This document shows, in pieces, positions 56,912 through 64,000 of a stretch of DNA of 64,000 bases (the first letter of the stretch is position 1; each line of letters opens with the position of its first letter). Both the position numbers and the translations under genes were made by a program. This DNA comes from Bacteroidales bacterium (GTDB lineage: Bacteria > Bacteroidota > Bacteroidia > Bacteroidales > UBA4417). The stretch is taken from assembly GCA_030654075.1 (NCBI GenBank), contig JAURYB010000005.1, positions 8,732 to 72,731 on the forward strand, given 5' to 3'. The notes beneath the pieces were generated by a model. That model was not told the origin of the DNA and did not search any database. It was given only the letters and a program-made list of their open reading frames with translations.

Positions 56912-57192
56912 GTAACTAATCCGTTCAATTAAAGCAGTGACAAACAATCATATGCCACAGATTTCGCAGATTACCTTCGGTGTGATCGCTTCGCTAAGTT
57001 TCACAGATAAAAATTCAGTGCTTACAATCAAATTTCATTTAAAAAACTGCTGAGAGCAGTTTAAAATTCCCTGCTTGCAGCAGGCAAGTGTATAATCTGC
57101 GAATTGAGCGAAGCGGAATCACGAATTCCCGTAGAAACATGAGATACATGAGTAAATCTGTGGCTAAAATAGCTTTAAAGCAGACTGATTAT
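56912..57192. repeat. Nested GCCACAGATT palindromic element, copy 2 (longer)
   Basis: Outer GTAACTAAT... / ...ACTGATTAT and inner GCCACAGATTTCGCAGATT (56954-) / AAATCTGTGGC (-57164) resemble the 36.7-kb element. The interior has extra hairpins (AAACTGCTGAGAGCAGTTT, CCTGCTTGCAGCAGG). Confidence 0.6.
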
Positions 57193-57245
57193 CTGCTTTT
57201 TTTTAATGAAATTGCGTTTTCTAACGTCAGACTTCTATCTCCTGA

Positions 57246-57923
57246 TTACTCATGTTTGCCGGTTTTATTTATTTCCTTCACCCAAACAGCCGGGCTCTCA
57301 TTCCTGGGCGAGTTTACCAGTTTTGAAACCGGGTAAGCATCCATTCCCTCTGAAGAATATGGCTTCAGCAACGAAAGTATTTCAGTGGAATTTTTACTTG
57401 ATAACCATGTTTTCTCATCTTCCTGTTTCAGAATCACCGGCATTCGGTTATGAATAGGCTTCATAAAACTATTGGCTTCCGTGGTGATGATATTGAACGA
57501 TTCAATCACTGTGCCTTCAGGCGATTTCCACCTTTCCCACAATCCTGCCATCGAAAATATGGGATTATCTTTAACGAAAATCCTGAACGGTTGTTTGCCG
57601 TCATTTTGCTGCCATTCGTAAAATCCATCCGCCGGCACCAGGCAGCGTTTACTGAACAGCGGAGCCCTGAACGATGCCTTTTCGGTAATGGTTTCGGCAC
57701 GCGCATTAATCATTTTGTTACCAATGGAAACATCTTTAGCCCAGGGCGGAATTAGTCCCCACCGGTGATAGCTCAGCTTATGCGGATTTTCGCCGGTAAT
57801 TACTGCCAGCATTTGTGTTGGCGCACCATTATAGCGGGGAACATAAGGTGCATCGCCACCTGCCAGCTCAAACCGGAGGTTCAGCTCAGCTTCATTTGCG
57901 GTAAGTGAAAAACGGCCACACAT
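57246..57923 (-). CDS. yedK: SOS-response-associated peptidase (SRAP/YedK family, abasic-site processing)
   Basis: True start taken as ATG 57923, giving the obligatory MCGRFS N-terminus (catalytic Cys2). The track ORF is extended by a TTG inside the repeat array. Also has PIHNRMPVIL. Confidence 0.85.
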   Translation of the reverse strand: MCGRFSLTANEAELNLRFELAGGDAPYVPRYNGAPTQMLAVITGENPHKLSYHRWGLIPPWAKDVSIGNKMINARAETITEKASFRAPLFSKRCLVPADGFYEWQQNDGKQPFRIFVKDNPIFSMAGLWERWKSPEGTVIESFNIITTEANSFMKPIHNRMPVILKQEDEKTWLSSKNSTEILSLLKPYSSEGMDAYPVSKLVNSPRNESPAVWVKEINKTGKHE

Positions 57924-57935
57924 ATCAGGATTTTT

Positions 57936-58176
57936 GGGTGCTGCGGTTTTTAACCGCAATGAATTGAATGTCAGATTGTAATTTCAGTTTCGGGTGTTGC
58001 GGTTTTTAACCGCAATTAAAATGCATTTATCGGTTTCGGGTGTTGCGGTTTTTAACCGCAAATAATTGAATTTCAGAATGCGACTTTCGGTTTCGGGTGT
58101 TGCGGTTTTTAACCGCATATAAGTGAATTTTAGAATGCAACTTTCAGTTTCGTGCACTGCGGTTTTAAGCCGCAAT
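57936..58176. repeat. Tandem array of five 46-57-bp units, each with hairpin TGCGGTTTTTAACCGCA
   Basis: Hairpin cores at 57942, 57998, 58044, 58101 and 58158 (the last is the variant TGCGGTTTTAAGCCGCA). The inter-hairpin sequence is also homologous (…GAATTTCAGAATGCGACTTTCGGTTTCGGGTGT…). Confidence 0.8.
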
Positions 58177-58340
58177 TAGCTGCAATTAATCAAATTTCAA
58201 ATTTTTAAATTGCGATTTCAGAGTAATCCCTGCAATTCAATCTTTCCTGTAAAATTACTTTAAAAGTTTAAAATATAAATGCAACCCAATGAACTTGTTG
58301 AAAAAACATTTCGTATTTTTAAACATTTAATTTTATACCT

Positions 58341-58988
58341 ATGAAGAAATTTGCAATAATATTGGCCGGTTGCGGTGTTTACGATGGTGCCGAAATTCAT
58401 GAAGCCGTAATGAGCATGTATGCCGTAATGAAAAATGGTGCCGAATACCAGGTTTTTGCTCCTGATATTGCCCAGCATCACGTTGTTAACCATTTAACTG
58501 GTGTCGAAATGCCTGAAACCCGGAATGTCCTGGTTGAGAGTGCCCGGATTGCCCGCGGAAATATTAAGCCAGTTTCCCAGCTTAATCCGCGCGATTATGA
58601 TGCTTTGTTGTTTCCCGGCGGATTTGGTGTGGCTAAAAACCTTTGCTCTTATGCATTTGAAGGTGCACGATGCACGGTTAATCCGGAAATTTCAATTCTG
58701 ATAAAAGAAGCTGTCAGCCTGCGGAAACCTATCGGCGCTTTGTGTATTTCGCCTGTGCTGCTTGCTAAAATAATGGGTGATGTTACAATTACAGTAGGAC
58801 CTGACGAAGGGGATGCTGCAAATGTGAAAGCTATGGGTGCGCACCATATTGCCACAAAACATGGCGAGGTAATTATTGACGAAAAACACAGGCTGTTTAC
58901 GACACCATGTTACCAGCTTAAGTCAACGATTGTGCAGGTAGCTGGAGGTGCTGATAATATTGTGAAAGCGATGCTTAAAGTGATGTAG
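58341..58988 (+). CDS. elbB: ElbB-like DJ-1/PfpI-superfamily protein (isoprenoid biosynthesis glyoxalase ElbB)
   Basis: MKKFAIILAGCGVYDGAEIHEAV, LLFPGGFGVAKNLC, GALCISPVLLAK. Confidence 0.8.
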   Translation: MKKFAIILAGCGVYDGAEIHEAVMSMYAVMKNGAEYQVFAPDIAQHHVVNHLTGVEMPETRNVLVESARIARGNIKPVSQLNPRDYDALLFPGGFGVAKNLCSYAFEGARCTVNPEISILIKEAVSLRKPIGALCISPVLLAKIMGDVTITVGPDEGDAANVKAMGAHHIATKHGEVIIDEKHRLFTTPCYQLKSTIVQVAGGADNIVKAMLKVM

Positions 58989-59415
58989 AACCAGTTTTTA
59001 ACTTCAGCATTTCCATCACTTCCTGATGATCAAAAGCCAGCGGAGGTAATTTATCCGTTGAAAACCATTGCGCTTTTGCCGCATCATCACCGGCTTCAAC
59101 TGAAATGTTATCATCCGTATACCCGATAAAAACAGTGGTAATAGTCCGGTGGCGCGGATCACGGTTTACTTTGCTGAAGGTGTGAAATTGTTTCAGCTCA
59201 ACCCCGGTAATTCCGGTTTCTTCCCGGAGTTCCCGCAAAGCAGCTGCTTCAAGTGTTTCGTCCATTTCCAGAAAACCTCCGGGCAACGCCCACATGCCTT
59301 CGAAAGGCGGGTGTTTACGTTCAATTAAAAGTACAAACTGCTGAGCATTACTCTTCCTGAGTATTATGATATCGGCTGTAACTGCCGGGCGTGGATAGTT
59401 ATAGGTGTATGTCAT
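58975..59415 (-). CDS. Nudix hydrolase
   Basis: Nudix box GGFLEMDETLEAAALRELREETG. Convergent 14-nt overlap with the elbB 3' end. Confidence 0.88.
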   Translation of the reverse strand: MTYTYNYPRPAVTADIIILRKSNAQQFVLLIERKHPPFEGMWALPGGFLEMDETLEAAALRELREETGITGVELKQFHTFSKVNRDPRHRTITTVFIGYTDDNISVEAGDDAAKAQWFSTDKLPPLAFDHQEVMEMLKLKTGSTSL

Positions 59416-59581
59416 TCTTCGTCAACATTTGGATCAGCATCAGGAATTTTGGTGCCATTTTTGGTTTACTATGATATATTTCTTTAGGTTCAATAATTTT
59501 CAATTCAAGAGTGTACAACTTAGTAGTAAGACTAAATAACTCGTTACTATTTTTTATTAACCATTAACCATTTTCTATTTT

Positions 59582-60295
59582 TTATTCTTCATCATTTTCT
59601 TCGCGATCATCAATTTCGGGATTATTCCCGGTTGATCCTGCAACAACCAGCACAATTTCCCCTTTCGGAGGATGTGCTTTGTACCAGGCAGCAAGTTCGG
59701 TTAGTGTTCCACGACGGTTTTCCTCGTAAATTTTAGTTAGCTCGCGAGAAACACACGCTTGCCTTTCAGCTCCCAGGTATTCAGCAAGTTGCTCAAGACT
59801 TTTCAATAGCCGGAAAGGTGATTCGTATAAAATAAAAGTATAAGGTTGCTTTGCTAGTTCCTTTAACCTGGTTTGCCGGCCTTTTTTGTGAGGCAAAAAT
59901 CCTTCGAATTGGAACCGGTCGCTGGGTAATCCTGAATTTACAAGTGCAGGTACAAAAGCTGTCGGCCCCGGAAGGCATTCAACATCAATTCCAGCCTTAA
60001 TGCAGGCACGCGTCAGGAGAAATCCAGGATCCGAAATTCCTGGTGTTCCGGCATCCGAAATAAGCGCCATCGTGGTTCCTTCTGAAATTTGCCTCACCAG
60101 GCTTTCAGCCATTTTATGCTCGTTAAACTGGTGATGGGCAAGCACTTTTTTATCAATATCGTAATGACGCAGTAATTTTGAGGAGGTGCGCGTATCTTCA
60201 GCCAGTATAATATCCACTTCCTTAAGTATGCGCAATGCCCTGAGGGTAATATCCTCGAGGTTGCCGATAGGAGTGGGGATAAGGTAGAGTTTCAT
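59582..60295 (-). CDS. rsmI: 16S rRNA (cytidine1402-2'-O)-methyltransferase
   Basis: LYLIPTPIGNLEDITLRAL...AEDTRTSSKLLRHY...SDAGTPGISDPG. Reading frame verified codon by codon. Confidence 0.9.
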   Translation of the reverse strand: MKLYLIPTPIGNLEDITLRALRILKEVDIILAEDTRTSSKLLRHYDIDKKVLAHHQFNEHKMAESLVRQISEGTTMALISDAGTPGISDPGFLLTRACIKAGIDVECLPGPTAFVPALVNSGLPSDRFQFEGFLPHKKGRQTRLKELAKQPYTFILYESPFRLLKSLEQLAEYLGAERQACVSRELTKIYEENRRGTLTELAAWYKAHPPKGEIVLVVAGSTGNNPEIDDREENDEE

Positions 60296-60300
60296 GGATT

Positions 60301-60325
60301 GGGGTTTGGGGTTTAGGGGTTTGGG
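60301..60325 (+). other. G-quadruplex-capable tract GGGGTTTGGGGTTTAGGGGTTTGGG
   Basis: Four G-runs with 3-4-nt loops beginning 6 nt upstream of the rsmI start codon (C-rich on the mRNA strand). Further G-runs at 60338-60357. Confidence 0.5.
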
Positions 60326-60738
60326 AGACTGTGAGATGGGGCGAAGGGATGATGGGGCGATGGACTAAAAATGCAAAAGTAAATCATTTTTCTTCAGAGA
60401 CTAATATGCCGAAAATTGTAAAATTGCTTACTTTCTTTACTGGGCTCCATTATTTTCCAGTCAAATGTTTTTCCGGTATTCAACAGGCGTGCATCCCTTA
60501 ACCTGTTTAAACTGACGCGAAATATTTTTGCTGTTACCGAAACCCGATTCAAGTGCAATTTCAATGGGAATTGTGGGAAAGAGCCTACTCTGATGCTATC
60601 CGTATAAATAGAAGCAGTTCATGAGCATACAATTTTGGGTTAAATACTTAACTCTATTTCCTGTTATCGGATAATTAAGAATGACAAAAAAAACTTAAGG
60701 TACTGCAATTCTATAAATGATAAGTTTTATGCGAACCA

Positions 60739-62508
60739 TTATTTCATAAACGCTTTTACTACCATTACTTCGCTGTCCGATTCATTTATAATCTTGTAGC
60801 TTCCGGCAGCAGAGGGTATCACAAACGTTTCGGCATAATTGAATCGCTGTGTCATCCCGTTTTGAGTTTCAACACGGATACTTGTGCCTTCAACCAGCGA
60901 AAGAACGTTGCATCTGTCCTCCGTTTTTATGTCCACTTCCGTATTGAAATGATAACGGTGAACATCGTAAGTATGCTTTTCGTGAGTAGGTAAATGGTAG
61001 ATTTTCCAGTCGGTTCCTTCGGCCAGCAGGTAGGGATGTGAAATAAGTTTATCATTAACATACTGACCTTTCCGGTCGAAGAAGAGGTTGTCCATTCCCC
61101 GTTGAATATTGATGGGGCGTGGCGATCCATCCATATCGAGCCGCATCCAGTCGTACATTTTAAATGTGAAAATGTAGGGTGTTGTGCTGATTTCGAGTAC
61201 CAGGTTGTTGATTCCGGCGCCATGTACTGTACCCGGAGGAATCAGAAACAGATCGTGTTTGTGCGAAGGAAGAATCTGCACATGTTTTGTAATGTCAATG
61301 GCATGGTTGCTTTGGAAACTTTCCTGAAGATCTTTTTCAAAATTTTCAGGGACAATGTCGCCCTGAAATCCGAGATAACAGGTTGCATCTTCACCCGCAT
61401 CAAGAATATAATAGGTTTCTTCCTGGGTGAAGTTTTCGCCAAAATGCTCCTTCATGTATTCGGGGCGAGGATGACACTGGACCGACAAATTTCCGCCATC
61501 GAAAGTATCCAGAAAATCGAAGCGGATCGGGAATTCAACGCCATATTTTTCGCCATGTTTTCCCATTACGGCATTGCTTTCCTGAAACATAAGGCAATCG
61601 AACGATATTTCGAGCATTTTACCCGAACTCTCAACAACCAATCCGTTTTCGGGAACGATCAGCTCGAAGGACCAGGCATAATTGGGAACATCCTTGTTCA
61701 GACCGTCAATTTTGTTTTTCACCCACTGCCCGCCCCAGGCACCTGGCTCGAACCACGGACGGACGCGGAACATGTTTTTTCCCATTAGATTGAGTGAATT
61801 CCTCAGGTCAGTCCCGCTCATCCAACTTGGCTGATCGGGGCGCTGCCCGTCAGCCATGATATCAATCGTTGAAAGTATTTGCTGTTTATGGCGGTTCAGT
61901 ACTACCCAATCGACAAAATAATACCGTTTGTACATGGGCTTGATGTCCATCGGCTTTACTGCGCCCAGGTTGGTGGCCGACTTTGCACGTGCACGGAACT
62001 GTAACTCGTTTTTGGGCAGATCGATGTATATGAGTAGTCCATTCCAGCCTGCTAACGAAGCGCCACAACCCGACAGTATGCTGATATTGGCTTGCTGGTC
62101 GGGTTTAAAGCCTTGAAGTTTGTCCGTGTCATAAAAATCTGCCAGTTGCAAGGTGGTTCGTTTGCCAAAAATAGGATCGTCACCTCCCAGAAAAGGCTCT
62201 ATCATAATGTCGATCATTTCTTCCGGTTTCATGGCTAAGTTGGTTGATTGCCAGTAGGCTTTCATCCCCAGTTTCCGGAATTCAGCATCCAGCTTCTGCC
62301 TGAAATCGTCAAAAAACACTCCGATATATCCATCGATGACAAGCTGTTTTTCATCTTTTAATTGCCAGGCCAGTGATTCGAAACCTTCAGCAATTTTTCC
62401 ATCTTCAATTTTCAGGGTCGGGTACAAATCGTACATACCCTTTGCTGATATTTCTTTACTCACCGGCATCAGGAACTGATCCGTTTTGCGCCAATTTGTT
62501 TCAATCAT
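60739..62508 (-). CDS. Class I mannose-6-phosphate-isomerase-like cupin protein (long form)
   Basis: [11 protein letters not shown]...EETYYILDA and PPGTVHGAG match the PMI type I metal-binding pattern. The 589-aa length is unusual for manA. Confidence 0.55.
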   Translation of the reverse strand: MIETNWRKTDQFLMPVSKEISAKGMYDLYPTLKIEDGKIAEGFESLAWQLKDEKQLVIDGYIGVFFDDFRQKLDAEFRKLGMKAYWQSTNLAMKPEEMIDIMIEPFLGGDDPIFGKRTTLQLADFYDTDKLQGFKPDQQANISILSGCGASLAGWNGLLIYIDLPKNELQFRARAKSATNLGAVKPMDIKPMYKRYYFVDWVVLNRHKQQILSTIDIMADGQRPDQPSWMSGTDLRNSLNLMGKNMFRVRPWFEPGAWGGQWVKNKIDGLNKDVPNYAWSFELIVPENGLVVESSGKMLEISFDCLMFQESNAVMGKHGEKYGVEFPIRFDFLDTFDGGNLSVQCHPRPEYMKEHFGENFTQEETYYILDAGEDATCYLGFQGDIVPENFEKDLQESFQSNHAIDITKHVQILPSHKHDLFLIPPGTVHGAGINNLVLEISTTPYIFTFKMYDWMRLDMDGSPRPINIQRGMDNLFFDRKGQYVNDKLISHPYLLAEGTDWKIYHLPTHEKHTYDVHRYHFNTEVDIKTEDRCNVLSLVEGTSIRVETQNGMTQRFNYAETFVIPSAAGSYKIINESDSEVMVVKAFMK

Positions 62509-62520
62509 AACTTAGTACTT

Positions 62521-63822
62521 CTATTTATTATTTTTTCCCCAGTTTTCGAACATTACAATGGCAGTGTAAAGCACTCCTGCTTCGCCACGGAAAGTGCCTG
62601 AACCGCGAGGTTTGTTATCCATCGAATACCACTCGTAAAATCCATTGTTATCCTTCACCCTTTTTACCATGGGCTGAATTTCGCGGTAGGCTTCTTCAAC
62701 AAATCCATTCTTAATCAGTTGCTGAATCATGCGTGCGCCAAACCAGGTCCAGTCGCCGCCGTTTTGATAGCTGTAAACGGGATTCATAATCTTATTCACA
62801 AAATAACCTTCCGGATAAGGTGGATAGAGTGTAAGTCCAATGGACGGCGCGCCAGCCTGTTTTACCCTGCTGATCATTTCATCAAGCGAAACTTTTATTT
62901 CCTCATTGCTCAGCAAGCCCGCTTCTATCGCAATTGCAGTTCCACCAAAGTAGTAAATCTGGTTTTCGTCAAAATCGGAAGGGAAAGGCGATCCCTTTTC
63001 AAGGTAAATATGCGGGATAAATTTTTGTCTGGTACTATCCCACAAATGCTTACGGCAGTTTTTGGCGATGCTTTCTCTGATCGGCTCCCATTTGGTTTTG
63101 GTTGCCGGAAGCATTTCGGCCAGGTTGTTCAGGGCAATAACAAACATGGCATTGTCGTAAATATCGATGGCCGGATGGGTATTGTTGTCGAGGTCGACAC
63201 CAAAGCCTTGTTCGGGCTGCACATCGCCCCAGTCGGCAGTGGTAGCTCCGATGATGAGACCGTATTGCTTGTTGAATCGTTGCTCCATCAAAAAAACCAT
63301 AGCCCATTCCAGACGTTCGGCAACCGTTTTGTCTCCAACTTTTTCAGCCAGGATCGAACTATCGCCAGTCAACTGAATGTATTTAAAGACTGCTTGTACC
63401 ATTGAGCTTTCCTGGTCGGTTTCAACTGTATTTTTGTGCGCTGCATAGCGTGGCTCAAGCTTCGAGTAACTGAAATCGGTTTCCCCTTTGCCTATTTTTT
63501 TAGCTGGGGTAAAGCCATCGATAATGTTGCCATCGTTGCCCTGCATGCGGCAAAATACCAGCAGGTTTTCCTTCAGTTCTTCCTTTGGGAAAGCCTGTGC
63601 CGCCAATTCGATAAAGGTATTGTAGTCGCGGATCCACACTTCGCGGTAGCCATCGCCTGCATTGAAACCGGCTTTCATTACTTCCAGAGCTTTGGATTTA
63701 ACCAACGGGAAATATTCGTTTTTCGAAATCAAATCGGCAAGCTCCTTGTTTTCAGTTTTTTTAACCGGGGTTGAACAGGCAAAAACAACAATCAGTAGGA
63801 TAAGGCATTGAATTTTTTTCAT
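62521..63822 (-). CDS. Lipoprotein, probable (alpha/alpha)6-toroid glycoside-hydrolase-like protein
   Basis: Lipobox VFAC. Motifs VWIRDYNTF, ATTADWGDVQPE, IDIYDNAMF and GGDWTWFGARM are reminiscent of six-hairpin glycosidases. Assignment is tentative. Confidence 0.4.
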   Translation of the reverse strand: MKKIQCLILLIVVFACSTPVKKTENKELADLISKNEYFPLVKSKALEVMKAGFNAGDGYREVWIRDYNTFIELAAQAFPKEELKENLLVFCRMQGNDGNIIDGFTPAKKIGKGETDFSYSKLEPRYAAHKNTVETDQESSMVQAVFKYIQLTGDSSILAEKVGDKTVAERLEWAMVFLMEQRFNKQYGLIIGATTADWGDVQPEQGFGVDLDNNTHPAIDIYDNAMFVIALNNLAEMLPATKTKWEPIRESIAKNCRKHLWDSTRQKFIPHIYLEKGSPFPSDFDENQIYYFGGTAIAIEAGLLSNEEIKVSLDEMISRVKQAGAPSIGLTLYPPYPEGYFVNKIMNPVYSYQNGGDWTWFGARMIQQLIKNGFVEEAYREIQPMVKRVKDNNGFYEWYSMDNKPRGSGTFRGEAGVLYTAIVMFENWGKNNK

Positions 63823-63827
63823 TTTTT

Positions 63828-64000
63828 CTATTTTTTAATGATTTCGGGATTACTTATCGTTTTAATAATAAAACGGTTGACCAGTTCACTTTCTTCAGGA
63901 AATACACAATCGTATTTGATGATGTGCTTGCCTGTTTTCAGTTGTGGAATGGCTTGGCTCAATTGGATGTCTTTTTTGAAACTTCCTTTACTGTTATAGA
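63828..64000 (-). CDS. 3' end of an unidentified gene (5' end beyond the window)
   Basis: Hand translation of the open frame: ...YNSKGSFKKDIQLSQAIPQLKTGKHIIKYDCVFPEESELVNRFIIKTISNPEIIKK*. TAG at 63828-63830, 5 nt before the next start, so probably the same operon. Confidence 0.35.
   Translation of the reverse strand, partial: YNSKGSFKKDIQLSQAIPQLKTGKHIIKYDCVFPEESELVNRFIIKTISNPEIIKK

Noticed and set aside
57936-58176. Possible CRISPR array (regularly spaced palindromic repeats)
   Set aside because: The spacers between hairpins are homologous to one another, so this is a ~56-bp tandem repeat with no unique spacers. The palindrome core is only 17 nt, there are only five units, and no cas genes are in the window.
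60301-60325. Telomeric repeat indicating eukaryotic contamination or chimeric assembly
   Set aside because: There are only about 3.5 imperfect units, embedded between intact bacterial genes (rsmI and a PMI-like gene) with continuous context.

Overview
This 64-kb window looks like Bacteroidota chromosome: it has T9SS C-terminal sorting domains, an ORF6N protein, signal peptides ending in A-Q, and a TAnnTTTG-type promoter box. All calls come from reading the sequence and the ORF track; no homology search or structure prediction was run. Both ends are ordinary housekeeping DNA. On the left are a receiver-domain remnant, small envelope proteins, mfd, an ORF6N protein, a class-3 lipase and rubrerythrin. 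On the right are a TPR/HisKA_3 sensor kinase with a LuxR-type regulator, fbp, lysC, a PPi-type phosphofructokinase, a small decayed patch, an SRAP peptidase, elbB, a Nudix hydrolase, rsmI, a PMI-like cupin and a glycosidase-like lipoprotein. The striking part is 11.0-47.0 kb: 30 consecutive minus-strand genes, each with an N-terminal signal peptide. I recognised no enzyme, transporter or cytoplasmic gene among them. 23 of the 30 fall into six window-internal paralog families: A x7, B x5, LRR family C x4, Met-rich coiled-coil family D x3, OmpA-like x2, and small FN3-like x2. Families D, C and B form a tightly coupled three-gene module repeated three times in tandem (30.1-40.0 kb). A fourth variant module (OmpA-like, C, B, A) lies at 42.3-47.0 kb. 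The two-component system is divergently transcribed at the island edge. I could not assign A, B or D to any family I know, and I propose the island as an uncharacterised modular cell-envelope system. Intergenic DNA also carries at least four families of structured palindromic repeats. Two of them show filled versus empty sites between duplicated loci. There is also a 5-unit tandem hairpin array upstream of the SRAP gene, and two in-frame TAG codons in neighbouring genes.
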